Below, piece after piece: positions 12,001 through 24,490 of a stretch of 64,000 nt of DNA. This stretch comes from Rhina ancylostomus (lineage: Eukaryota): assembly GCA_030265395.1 (NCBI GenBank), contig JARFYF010000054.1:13707288-13771287 (forward strand), in the 5' to 3' direction. A program made the translations under genes and the position numbers. Under the pieces are notes generated by a model. It was given only the letters and a program-made list of their open reading frames with translations, was not told the DNA's origin and made no database searches. How positions within the stretch are numbered: the stretch's first letter is position 1; each line of letters opens with the position of its first letter.

Positions 12001-13784
12001 AGGCATTTGAAGTTGCAATTCTATTATCCCAATTTAATTTCCAAATTGGGAATGCCAAGTGGAGAAACTTTATCAATAGTTACTCAGTTTTTTTTTGTTA
12101 ATTGGGTTTGGCTAACAAAATGAAGATGACTTTAATATTTTGCACTTAGAATTTTCTGATTGATAATAAATTTTCCAAAGCCCTGTTTCTTTGAAATAAA
12201 TTTGTTAACATAAAGGAGTTTGAAAGATTAGGCTACATCAGTTCCAAAACTTGAATCTCCCATTCAAAATTTAAATCTTCTACAGTTATCATATAGCTTT
12301 TCTTTCACTGAACAGCATTAAATGTCAAGTCAATGCACAAATGCTGGAGATGGTCCTTTTTGCCCCCTTGTAAATGCTGTTTGTTTTAATTAAATGTGGC
12401 GATTTTCATAAATAAGAATGAATAAATGGATTATAATTCTAAATTGAGAATGAGCAAAGAGAAAAAAAGACTTTAGTGTTGTATGGCAATAGCCAATTTC
12501 TCAACTCACTTCAATAACATTTACCATCAATATGCTGTACCATGAAGAATACTGGCAACATAATGCCCCCTATGTTCTGTGCCCATGGGCAACATGAAGC
12601 CACATGTCCAAGAGTATTACTGTACTTATCAGTTACTGCAAGGTGGCCCAAGAAAATACTGGTCTTCAAATGTAGTAAGTGATATACTTGTATCAAAAGA
12701 ATAGTGTTCAAACTTTTAAACAATGGTGAACTTTCAGTATAATTGATTGTTATGGTCAAGGAGCATTTTGAACCATTGTACAGTAATTTAGTAAACTAAT
12801 GAACTTACACTCTTATACAGATTCATGACCTTTGGAGTGGTCAATGCAAAAAATAGTGCCACCAAGAAAGCAAAGAGTGGAAACTACACTACTATGGGAT
12901 ACAACTGTTCAACAAGATTCAACTGTTATAAGGCATACAATGCACAAAGATGCAATGGTATTGATGGTTGCCAGTTACAGTTACAGGTTCACAGTATCCT
13001 ACATGAAAAGGCACCCCACTATTTGTATTTTTGACATCTTTTAACAGGGTCCATGGTTCTTCAGCTTCAGGTGATGGAAAAATAAAGCAGCAACCCATTG
13101 ATAGTCCATGTTAAATTTTGATGGTCTCAGATAAAATCTTACAGAAATGTTCAAGGTATGGCTATATGGTCGAAATGACTTGCTTGCAGTTCTGTCATAC
13201 AAGTCATTGGGATGCAAGATGCCTTTGTTGCACTGAAATTTTACAGCGTAGTATCCACCAACAATGTAGCACTTAGTACTTTTTCAAAACAACTTAATTG
13301 AGAAGTCAAGAATTCCAGTGTAACATCACCTGATGGTCAAAAANNNNNNNNNNNNNNNNNNNNNNNNNNNNNNNNNNNNNNNNNNNNNNNNNNNNNNNNN
13401 NNNNNNNNNNNNNNNNNNNNNNNNNNNNNNNNNNNNNNNNNNNGATGGTCAAAAAAGTAAATATTTACATCTTGCCAAAATATCAGAAATTGAAGGTCAT
13501 TGGCCATCACTTCATTGCAACAATTGCTTTGGCCAAGTCATTATATAGTGGTAGCAATTCTGGTTAACTATGACTGGTGCTTTCTACCACAAGATTGGAA
13601 ATTTAACCTTTCCAGAAGCTTTCATCAATGTGAAAGCCAAAACAATCTATCACAGAAAAAAAATCCACAGTATTTGAATCAGCATATGTACAGGGATTTC
13701 AGTTTGCTTTTGAAGAAAGATGCATTTCCTTAGTCTCCCAAATGTACTCCAGAAAAAATGGAATGTAACTGAAGTGCTTTACCG
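9075..13784 (-). promoter_or_regulatory. GIT1: Probable long GIT1 3'UTR (about 4.7 kb)
   Basis: Follows the stop codon, has no recognisable TE, and carries minus-strand AATAAA at 9097-9102 and 9152-9157 with nearby UGUA motifs. The end position is inferred. Confidence 0.55.
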
Positions 13785-13997
13785 TCATTGTTTTTTCTCA
13801 CGGGTTGTTATAGTAACCAGTTGCTTGGCTGCCTTGGCAATGTCATAGGCACACTGGATGACTTGTTGTGTGAGCAACTGAATATCAACTGGTGCACCCG
13901 GCTCTGGTGGAATTGTTTTCCTGCATTCACATTGCAGTCGGAAGGCACTAGCATTTAGCAATTTCAAAGAAGACCGTACTGTGTCCAGAGAAGGTTT
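13785..13997 (-). CDS. GIT1: GIT1 terminal coding exon KPSLDTVRSSL...QLVTITTREKKQ*
   Basis: atcag|AAA, 70 codons plus TGA; nearly identical to the human GIT1 C-terminus. Confidence 0.98.
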   Translation of the reverse strand, partial: KPSLDTVRSSLKLLNASAFRLQCECRKTIPPEPGAPVDIQLLTQQVIQCAYDIAKAAKQLVTITTREKKQ

Positions 13998-14369
13998 CTG
14001 ATCATTAAAACAAAATGTATTAATGAAGGAGAACATCAATGGGAGCTTGAGAACTTCTAGACAGCAACATACCATTTCTTTACTGAATACAAATATGGCA
14101 ACTTACCTTTGCGCTTAAGCTAATACCACCTACTGAAGTTGCCTAGTTCGGCAAATTCAAAATTATTACATAATTAACATAAGACTTCAGAGCAATGGAG
14201 TGCTTGCACTTAACTTTATTAAACCACATTTACTTACTAGCTTTATTGCAATGACTGTTTCAGGCAGGAGTAAAGAATGCTTTTTTTAAAATCCTTACTC
14301 AACACAGCAGACAGTACACTTTTTGCCACGAATGTGCACAGACTTCTTGCCTGCCACAATAAGGCCTTA

Positions 14370-14720
14370 ATAGAATACAGCACAAGAACAGGCCCTTCTT
14401 TATGCCCACGATGTCTATGCCAAACACGATGCCAATTTAAACCAATCCCGNNNNNNNNNNNNNNNNNNNNNNNNNNNNNNNNNNNNNNNNNNNNNNNNNN
14501 NNNNNNNNNNNNNNNNNNNNNNNNNNNNNNNNNNNNNNNNNNNNNNNNNNTTGCCTGCACAAGGTCCTTATATCCTTCTGTTCCCTGCCTGTTCATGTGT
14601 CTGTCTAAATGCCTCTTAAACGTTGCTATCATATCTGCTTTTACCTCTTTCCTCAACAGTCCATTCAAGGTACCTACGGCCTTCTATGTGAATGAACTTA
14701 GCTTGTAAATCTCCTTTAGT
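14370..14720 (-). mobile_element. CR1-like LINE 3' tail
   Basis: atagaatacagcacaagaacaggcccttc start; peptide ADMIATFKRHLDRHMN. Confidence 0.75.
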
Positions 14721-15322
14721 TGGTGTAGCAGCCAACATAAATGTATTACATGCACTAATTCCTAGGCCCAAGTCTCTTCAAGTTGAACTGGGTTGGACAA
14801 TGGGGAAATAGTATTGAAGTTATGAATTTTGTTTTCATTTTTATCCATTGCTTGATCAATATTTATAATGGAAACAGATACATGTTTTAACATTCCACTG
14901 TTGGAAGGGTGCAATTACAGAATATGTCTATAACAGGCAATTTCCACTATATATGCAAGAAATGAAGGCAGACTTTTTTTTATTATTGATGGAGTTGATC
15001 TCTTAATACCAAGTTTAAAATTAGCTTGGCTGAATTATTAGTATTCTGACTCGTCATATGATTATGGGTTTAAGATTTTAGATTTCAGTGTCAAGGCTGA
15101 CTGAGGGAATTGTAAGTTATTAGGTTTTAAATGGGTGTCATGTCAACTTGTTCAGGTAGATGGCTCCATTTCAAGAATATCTCTGGCCTACATCCTCCCT
15201 TAACGCTACCAAAAGCAGGTAAACTGACTATTCATTTCATTTCATTTCTATCACTCCAAAAGTATGTCCTTACTTTATGACATCAATGATAAAGTCAATA
15301 TTACTTTGAAATGAAGACTTAC

Positions 15323-15386
15323 CTTTGGAAAAAGAGAAGCCATTTCAGTGACAGCAGAGTGAATCTTTTCAGAACATGGCACAAAA
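15323..15386 (-). CDS. GIT1: GIT1 exon (S)FVPCSEKIHSAVTEMASLFPK
   Basis: 64 nt, aacag|T...AAG|gtaagt; paxillin-binding (FAT-like) domain. Confidence 0.96.
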
Positions 15387-15924
15387 CTGTTAATGAAATA
15401 CACAATGGATGAAGATTCATTCACTGACCTATACTTGTAAAAGCCTCATAGTAACATTTTTCTTAAGTTTGTCTATATTCTTACATATGCACAAATACAG
15501 GGGTCTCAAAGTGGGACCTCGGAAGACAATATATATTTAGCAAGAAGGCAAGTGAAAATCTGGAGGAGATAGGCTGAAGGAAACCAAGGTCAGCTGAAGT
15601 GACAGATGATACTGGAACTATTCAGCAGGTAGGCAGTATTTGTGGAGAGAGAAAAAGTTAACATTTCAGATCAATCTTTTATCAGGATGTTCATGATCCA
15701 AGACATTAACTATTTCCCTCCCTTACCTACCAAGTATTTTCAGCAATTTTTTAAANNNNNNNNNNNNNNNNNNNNNNNNNNNNNNNNNNNNNNNNNNNNN
15801 NNNNNNNNNNNNNNNNNNNNNNNNNNNNNNNNNNNNNNNTGCAAAGTGAACTGAACAGGTGGGTCCTGAGAGTGATGATTGTATAATAACCAATGCCAGT
15901 AAGGAGTTCAAATAAACATCTGTC

Positions 15925-16550
15925 AGAATAGAGTCAGGAGTTGTACAGCACAGAAACAGGCCTTGTTATCCATCTGGACTAATCCTATCTGTCCACATTA
16001 GGTCCATATCCTTCTATGCCTTGCCTATTTAATTGCCTTTCTAAACGTCTCTTAAAAGTAGTGAGTGAATCTGACTCCACCACCTGTGGCAGCGAGTTCC
16101 AGATATCAACCACTCTAGTGTAAAGAAAAACGTTCCCTCAAATCCCCTTTAAAACTCCTTCCTCTCATCTTAAAGCTATGCACTCTTGTTTTTGACACCC
16201 TTATCATGGAAAAAAGACTTTGACCATCTACCTTATCTATGCCTCTTATTATTTTATACACCTCGAACAGGTCACCCCACAACCCCCTTCACTCCAAGAG
16301 GAAACTAACCCTGCCTATCCAATCTTTTTCCATACCCAAAGTTTTCCATTGCAGATAATATCCTAGTGAATCTCCTCTGCACACTCTCCAGTGTAACTAC
16401 ATCCTTTCTATACTGTGGTGACCAGAACTGTACACAATACTCCAAGTGCAGTCTAACCAGTGTTATGTAAAGTTCCAACAAACATCCAAACTTTTATATT
16501 CTATTCCTGATCTATGAAGATAGGTGTGCCATATGCCTTCATCATCATCC
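15925..16550 (-). mobile_element. CR1-like LINE 3' fragment
   Basis: acagcacagaaacaggcc tail; gaccagaactgtacacaatactccaagtg ORF2 signature. Confidence 0.8.
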
Positions 16551-16899
16551 TATCTCCCTTTATCATCAGAAAAGTATGTCGACAGAAAGCAGAAGAGGAG
16601 CACGGGCAGGGCAGGGCAGGCCAGGGCAGGGCAGAAGAAAAATGTTGCTGGAATCCTTGAAGTCAGGGAAATTTGGAGAGAATGGATAAGTGACGGGAAT
16701 TTAGTGTGCAAAGGAACTGAAGCTATTTGTAGATTGAGGCTAGAAGCACAACTGGGAGAGGATTAGAGGCTAAACATCAAGTTGTACAAGGATTAAGGCT
16801 AAAACATTGAAGAAAGCAAACTTGTTTAATAATGAAATGTCAGAAGATGTTGGGACCCCCTCTCCGGTTCATTCTTCCGTATCTACCAACATCCACTTT

Positions 16900-17670
16900 C
16901 CTTCCCACAGCATCGTTCCATGTAACACCTGCCCTTTTACCTCTCCCCTTCCCACCATCCACAGATCTCAAAACTTTCCAGGTGAAGCAGCAATTCACAT
17001 GAACTTCCATCTCTGGGTGATGCATTTGGTGCTTGTAATGTGGTCTACATTGATTGGGCAACTGCTTTGCAGAACACCTCTGCTCAATCTGCATGGTGAT
17101 CCTGAGCTCCCAGTTGACAAATTTCCCTTCCAACTCGAATCTGTCTCTTTGGTCTTTACACAGTTCCAACAAAGCCCAATACAAGTTTAAGGAACAACAA
17201 CTCATCTGACAATGAGCAGGCCAGTTCCGATGAAAGGTCAGAAATCTGTAAAGTTAACTTCGTTTCTTTCTCTACAGATGTTACCTAACCTATTGATTTC
17301 CATCCCAATATTAGTTCTTTTCTGATCTCCAGCAGCTGTAATGCCATGTATTTCACATTTCCAGTACTGCTTTACTTTCCTCTCAACTCTGTTTGCACTC
17401 ATCTCCTCCTTTGTACATTTCCTCCAGACATATCCTTTGTGCTTAACAAGCTTCTCAGCTGGCACCACTACCATTTGCATCACTGTCTCTCAGATTCCAT
17501 TCCATCAGACATTCCTTCTGCTCTCTCCACCTTCCGCCTTTTCTTTGCAACTCGAAATATCTTCAAATTTCTAATGTTTCCTAATTCTGATGAAACATTA
17601 ACTCAGTTTCTCTCTCCATAGATGCTCCATGCACTGTTGAGTATTTCCATCATTTCCTGTTCTTATTGCA
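16900..17670 (+). mobile_element. Penelope-like element remnant (GIY-YIG endonuclease region and tandem termini)
   Basis: Frameshifted CNTCPFTS..FQVKQQFT..AEHL..DPELPV..KEQQLI peptides; two terminal repeats at about 17221-17340 and 17580-17670. Confidence 0.7.
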
Positions 17671-17985
17671 GCCTAAACACGGCAAGGTTGTTGGAATCAA
17701 TGGTACAGTCATGCCAGCAGTGAAGACAGCAAACAGGATTTGCTTTAGTTTGGCAATATTAAACTAGAATGTTTCTGGCTAAATTGTATTGTGAGAGGAG
17801 TTAGAGTCGTGTAGTTGGACGATGTTTTTAGCAGCTGTAAAGTCTTACAATATTAGGGCAAGGAAAGAATGGACAGAACAGACCATTCAACCAGTCCTGA
17901 GAAAATACACATGATTTGTGTCAGGTTTGATCTCAATAAGATCAGTCCAGTGCCTTTGAGATAGTTATAGAGAAATAATGGTGGA

Positions 17986-18120
17986 GGGTAAAAAGAAAGA
18001 ATTAAAAAGGGTAAAAAGAAAGAATTAAAAAGGGTAAAAAGAAAGAATTAAGAAGGGTAAAAAGAAAGAATTAAGAAGGGTAAAAAGAAAGAATTAAAAA
18101 GGGTAAAAAGAAAGAATTAA
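17986..18120 (+). repeat. 23-bp minisatellite GGGTAAAAAGAAAGAATTAARAA, about 6 visible copies, running into a gap
   Basis: Read directly; period 23 (17986, 18009, ...). Confidence 0.95.
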
Positions 18121-18478
18121 NNNNNNNNNNNNNNNNNNNNNNNNNNNNNNNNNNNNNNNNNNNNNNNNNNNNNNNNNNNNNNNNNNNNNNNNNNNNNNNN
18201 NNNNNNNNNNNNNNNNNNNNNNNNNNNNNNNNNNNNNNNNNNNNNNNNNNNNNNNNNNNNNNNNNNNNNNNNNNNNNNNNNNNNNNNNNNNNNNNNNNNN
18301 NNNNNNNNNNNNNNNNNNNNNNNNNNNNNNNNNNNNNNNNNNNNNNNNNNNNNNNNNNNNNNNNNNNNNNNNNNNNNNNNNNNNNNNNNNNNNNNNNNNN
18401 NNNNNNNNNNNNNNNNNNNNNNNNNNNNNNNNNNNNNNNNNNNNNNNNNNNNNNNNNNNNNNNNNNNNNNNNNNNNNN

Positions 18479-18576
18479 CGTCCTCTGTACTGGGAAGGCT
18501 TGGATCAAGCTCACCCTCATGCTCATCAAACTCTAGATGGAGGTCATCATCCCTTCCCATCTTCCCATCAGCAATA
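18479..18576 (-). CDS. GIT1: GIT1 exon IADGKMGRDDDLHLEFDEHEGELDPSLPSTED.., cut off by an assembly gap
   Basis: ataaaag|T ATT..; LDPxLPSTED is conserved; the remainder runs into Ns at 18121-18478. Confidence 0.9.
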
Positions 18577-19999
18577 CTTTTATGGAAAAAAATGTAAATA
18601 AAAATACAGCTTAATAGCCCAGAAATCAAAATAGTACCTCTAGTAAGTTTTCAGTATATCGTCAGGTGCATATAGAAACCAAATGCCTCAGTGTGTTACA
18701 CGGCTTAACCAGAATCAGGATTCAGATCACACCAAAGTCACACTGAATCACTTGAACTCAAAATGTCGAAACTGCAATACATAACAGGTTGTGTCTGCAA
18801 GCTGTTGGGTGAGCAGATACATAGATGAGCAAATGTGTCAATGACTATATTCTTAATACCTCAGTTCAACTTTCAGAAAGCTTTAAAAGTGTGATTAATT
18901 TTGCACTGCCAAATTTATACCTTCCTTCATCAGTCAGAAACTGGTAGATGCAACAATTTCCAGAAAATAATTACATTCTTATAGTTGTTTACCAAGACAT
19001 CTTGCAGTTCAGTATCAAAGCAGCAGTTACTGTGTAATGGAATTCATGGTATGAGGTTTGCAACACAAATGCATGAATAGTGTGGAGGCAATTATGTCAA
19101 CATGCAAGAATACATGAAATAATAAGAATAATCATATCTTGAGATAATAGGCTGGATGTTTTGATGACTGGCAGGTTGGCAAGCTTGCTGGCCACAGCAC
19201 CAGGAGCACGCTGTCTCTTCCAGTAGGCTCCTGGAGCAACCAAGATGGCTTGGGATGGAAAAGCTCCAATCATCCTTGGTGTACTCATGTTTTGAGAAAG
19301 TTAGAGAGTAATTTAGGAAAAAATGTCAATTTTAATTTCTATTACATAAATCAATGTATACTCATGCAATTATCTAGATCGTAATACATTCCACTCTCAG
19401 TATGGCCACATTCACTGTCTAGGCTTGTATACTAAATAAGACTGGTGCAGATAGGTACTCTTGAAGTTTGGGATAAAACTTTTGCATGATGCACTACCTT
19501 CAGGAAGAGTTGTAGAAAATTGGAGTTAAAAGCAAATGGCGAGTTCCATCTCCAAAAACCAAAATATATAAGTCAATTTTTAAAAGTTTAATATGCATGT
19601 ATGCACAAGGCTTTGGCAACCTGACAGAAACTGAGCATCTAATTATTCTTCCACAATGGATTTCATGATGCAGAAAAGAGCTCCAAACCTCAGTACTGCT
19701 GACCTTCTTTCTATTCTTCGTGATGTTCCATTGTGCTGAATTGAGTTAACACTTATTGCACGCACCTTCCACTTTAAAGCAGAATGACTAACCACACATT
19801 TCTATTATAAAAACAGGAATTATAAAAGGCATACTCGCAATTATGCAATCAAACAAGTTCTTGCAGAGATAGCATGTGGGTGGAACAGAAACAATGCAAC
19901 ACAATCTAGAGAATAAAATCCTGCAGAAATTTTCCTCATTCGAGTACCAATAAACACATTCATTCAAAGTACCACAATCAATAATGAAGCTCTTCTCAC

Positions 20000-20076
20000 C
20001 CTGGTGGCAGTTCAATGGTCTGGGTATTGTCATAATCACTGTCTGTTCCACTGCCACGTTTGTCTAGTTTAGACAC
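20000..20076 (-). CDS. GIT1: GIT1 exon VSKLDKRGSGTDSDYDNTQTIELPP(G)
   Basis: 77 nt, ttgcag|GTG...CAGG|gtgaga; GSGxDSDYxNTQ motif. Confidence 0.93.
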
Positions 20077-23000
20077 CTGCAAGGAAAAACAAAACATGAG
20101 CATAATGCTGCTTTAAGAAGCACAGACAGCACTGCTAGACTAATTGTTTGTTAGTAATTATAAGAACATTGCAGGCAGAATAGTGGGAGAGAATCTCTCA
20201 ATTCCACACAAGAAACAAAAGCTTTGATTATTATAACACAAAAAAAAATTTTCAGCAACTGAAATTTGTTTGTAACCAGTGTTACAGTCATAATAAACAT
20301 CAAATCATTATTTAGCCTAATTAATAATACAAATCACTGGCTCAAGCCCAGAACACAACTAATAAGTGAACTGGATGGTAGTTGGGGCACTGAGAAGTTT
20401 TTGCAGATTCCTTTACCACCAGTAAATTATTAATTTACTTAATTTCAAAAGGAGATAATTTTCAATATATTCTTTTCAAATGGGATTAAAATAGTTATTA
20501 TTTGTGAGGTACAGTTGTATCGCCAATATTTCACAGAATAGATTCCACAATGATGTGACCTGACAGTGTAGTGTTCACAAATATTGCTGTGAAAATCTGG
20601 ACTAGATTTGATTTCACAACATTCTCAACAGCTGTTTGTATTGCAATAGTTCTCACCCAGTAAGAATACCCTAGAGTATTTGTGTAGTTCCAGGATTAGC
20701 AGTTTGACAATGTTGGAAATGCAGGACTCTAACCTTTCTAAATGTTTTGAATCTCAATTTTTTTAGTCAGATCTTTTTGTGGTATACATTTAAGAACAAT
20801 TAAGATATTTTCAAAATATTTAACATCCACCCCTTATCCCGACAGAATCAGTGGTTATGGCTTTAATAGAAAAAGGTAAAAAAAAACATGCATTCTTCTG
20901 AAGCTTTCTTTAAAAAAAGTACTTACATAATGGCAGATGGTTCCAATATATCACTGTTTTCATGTTTCAAAGACATCTTTTTGATACAGCATATCTGCTG
21001 GTACATGGCCTTGAAAGTTTCCCTTTTCCTCATTAATGAATTTTCCAAACAAATTTAAGAAAAAGCACTTTTCACATTAAGGTACCAGAACTTGGCATAG
21101 TAGAATTAAAATCTCAAGTGAACTAAGTTTTTTTTTACCCTCATTGCAGGTCTACAATGAACAGCAGCAATTGTTACATAAAAATATTTAAAAAATCTGA
21201 TGACCACAAAATTTCCCCAATTCTTTTTTGGCATTTGACTTTGGATGCTGTCAGTAGAAGACACAGGAGGCAGATGCTGTTTCCATTATATTGACCTTGG
21301 ATTCTCTTCCCAAAATGTCAATTAGTTTATAAATCTACGTTAACAGGATGTTTAGCTCATTAATGCACTGAATGCAAATTAGATTTTGAATTAGATTGGT
21401 TTAATTAAATGTTTGTGAGATGGCTTCCAAGTAACCTCATCATGTTTAATACCAACTTGCCTACAGCCATTCAACAGTATTCTCGCCTCTTAAAAAAAAT
21501 GTCAGTTTCTTGGGATGATTGTAAACTTGTTTGCATAATTTTTCAGTTCACTACATTTAAATTGCAAGACTTCATTAAACTGATAACTACGGGTCTGTGA
21601 ATATACCAAATGATTACCCTAAATATATTGGCATACAAGCTTGTACCTTCACTCTTTTGGAATGCTGTCAGCTTTAAACACATTTGAAATGAAATACAAG
21701 AAACTGAATAGACCCCATCTTTATTACTCTCATCTGTAAAGTCCATATTACAAGAATTGATAAAAGGACAAGGTACTTCTACAGTTAGATAGTAAAGCTT
21801 TGATTCAAGACAAGCTTGCAAGGATTAACTGTGGTTATCTTGAACAGCAAGATCTTGGAATCATCTGCAATTATACATTACACCCTCTTCATGCAGCTTT
21901 CTAATTATAAGGACTGTTTCTTTATTTTACATGTTAAATATCAGAAACTTTGATTGCAATGTTCTCATTCAGGGGGAAAAAATAAAGCTGTCACAAGAAA
22001 AAACAATTTAACCCTTTGAGGACTGAAGTAGCTTCTGTATTACAGTCAAACAAAATTAGTAAAAAAAACTTGAGGCTTTGCCACTGATTCCACTGCATTT
22101 TGTTTTAGAGGAATTTACAACAAAATCACTAATTAAAACAAAACTGCTTCTGATCATTTCAGCCTTACAAAGTTCTCAGAGGGTTAACTTTGAGGATACA
22201 AAGTTCTGCTATCTCCTTTTAAAAAATCTAATATTTCGACTCAGTTTTTGTAAATCTAAAGTTGGATCCACACAGTTGAGGAAATGACTGCCAGTAATAA
22301 TTGCTGTTAAATCAGTTGAAAAATTGAGGATCAAAATAGGCAACAAAAATTGATCTCCACGTACAGAATAAAGCATTTTTGAACTAAAAAAAACATTTAG
22401 CTTTTATTTGTGGACAAGTGTAACGGTGTTTTTGAATATTTTCCGCTCAAAGAGTTTGGACCACTGCTGATTTTCCTTGCAGAGTTACCATTGATCTCCA
22501 GCTGCACAAAGGCTATTTTGTACATTAAGACCATAAAAAACAGATGCTCAAGTTTTATAATGCACCAGTTAATAGCTTCCATATTCTCCATTAAAACATA
22601 ACACAATTTATTACCTACTTTCATTTAAATTTACAAAACCTGTGTCTCAATACAAGTTAAAAATGAAAGAAATGAAAAGCAGCAAAGGGTTAATATAGAC
22701 ACACAGGGGCTTATCAGGGTGACCCAAGAAAATGGAATGCTTGAATGGCAAATGGACTTGCTTGACAAATTATTGCCACTGAAAGCCCTTGTACTATTCA
22801 AGGCGGCAAGGATGTTAAAACTGTCAAAAGGGAAGCAGTAGTTAGACTGGAAGCATTGGTGGCAACAGCTCAGTTACAGGGGCTCATCTTTTGGAATGCC
22901 TTACTAANNNNNNNNNNNNACCCATTTCAATCTGGTGTATTCTCTACCCAGGTTTCATTGTGTAGCTTTTTTCAGCACAGTTGGAATCAACTCTCGCCTT

Positions 23001-23199
23001 CACGAGATTACTTTCTACCAGATTTACTTTTCAAACAGAAACTAAAGAAAAGTCTCTCACACAGAATAAGCAAATGGATAATAAAAAAATTAACTTCCAT
23101 CTTTGGCTATGAAAGTTCTTCATAATATTTATGAAACTGATTCTATATTCTATTATTTTCAGGTTATAAAAATAATGTAACATGCAGATTGACTTTTTT

Positions 23200-24200
23200 T
23201 AAATTTATTCAGGATGTAGATACCAATTCTTGGCCATCTCTAAAGCCCTGAAAAACATGGTGAGTCACCTTTTCTGACCACTGCATTCCCTGTGATATTA
23301 GTATTATGATTATAATAATGCAGGACTCCATAATGGTCAGGATAGTCTGATGGTGGTGTGTTCCTCTGTGTCTGATACTATAATTACGGTACTCCTCTGA
23401 GCTCACTTCTGTAGAGACAGGCGTCAGTGGTCAAAGAAGCCTTAGGAAGTTGCTGCAGTGCAGATGGTGCACAATGCAGTTATATAGAATGCTGGGAGGA
23501 AGGTGGGATAGACAAGTCTAATCAGGTTGTATGGTCCCAGATAGTTTCTAGCATCCTGAATGTTGAAGCTGCATTCATCCAGGCAAGTGAAATGCATTTC
23601 ATCACACTTCTGACTTGTGCCATGTTGATGGTGGAAAGGCTCTGGGGAGTCAAAAGGCAAGTACTTTGTTTTTGTGCTACTCTCAGTTCTTTAAAGTGCA
23701 TTCAAAATAGAGTACTGATTCAACAGACGGAGGCTGGCAATCAGCAGGAAATTTCCTTGCCATGTTTGATTTGATACCATTATATTTAATGGGGTCTGAA
23801 ATAGATGCTGATGTCTCACTGGGCCATTCCCTCTTGACTGTGCACCACTGTGCCACCTCCTCATCTGTCCTCCTCATGGGTCAGGACATAGACAGGGAGA
23901 TTGAAGAATTATAGACTGGGATGTTGCTCGAAAGTCACTTTTACAGAATTGTACCTGCATCTGGCTGTTGCTTCAAGCAGCTTGTCCAATTTTGGTGACT
24001 GTGGGCAAGAGCAATGAAGTTTGTTTTCCTATACTGGGTGTGCATAGGACAGGTGGTTCACTTTGTTGTTTTCCTTCCTGTTTAACATGAATTGGTCATT
24101 TCAGGGGGCCAGTGAAGAGCCAGATACATTGCTGTGGTCCCAGAGACACACATTGGTTAGATAGAAAAGGAAAGCAGATTTCTTCCACTTAAAGATAGTA
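23200..24200 (-). mobile_element. Old CR1/L2-group LINE fragment
   Basis: Minus-strand peptide AQVRSVMKCISLAWMNAAS resembles the Y.AQVRS.MEY...W ORF2 motif. Confidence 0.6.
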
Positions 24201-24259
24201 ATGAGCCTTAAGCATAACCATTCTGCTATCATACCAACCAGTTTACAGATATCTGCTGA

Positions 24260-24490
24260 GGTGAGAGGGGGTAGGTTCAGAAGAGATGAGGGGCAAGTTT
24301 TTTTTTACTGAGAGTGGTGGGAATGCGTTGCCTGACAGGGTGGTGGAGGCATTGGGTGCTTTTAAGCACATGAATGAGAGGAAAATGGAGGGATATGGGC
24401 ATTCTGTAGGAAGGAGGGATTAGCTATGTTGGCACAACATTATGGGCTGAAGGGCCTGTTCAGTGCTGTACCATTCTATGTTCTCGAAAT
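24260..24490 (+). mobile_element. CR1-like 3' tail
   Basis: gagagtggtgggaatgcgttgcc..gggctgaagggcctgttcagtgctgtac. Confidence 0.7.

Noticed and set aside
13998-14075. N-terminal part of the 96-aa ORF (MVCCCLEV...)
   Set aside because: Intronic read-through upstream of the real acceptor at 13998-13999
20927-21030. Minus-strand gtaagt donor preceded by about 34 open codons
   Set aside because: The open frame ends in phase 2 inside a phase-0 intron, has no good acceptor and has no GIT similarity
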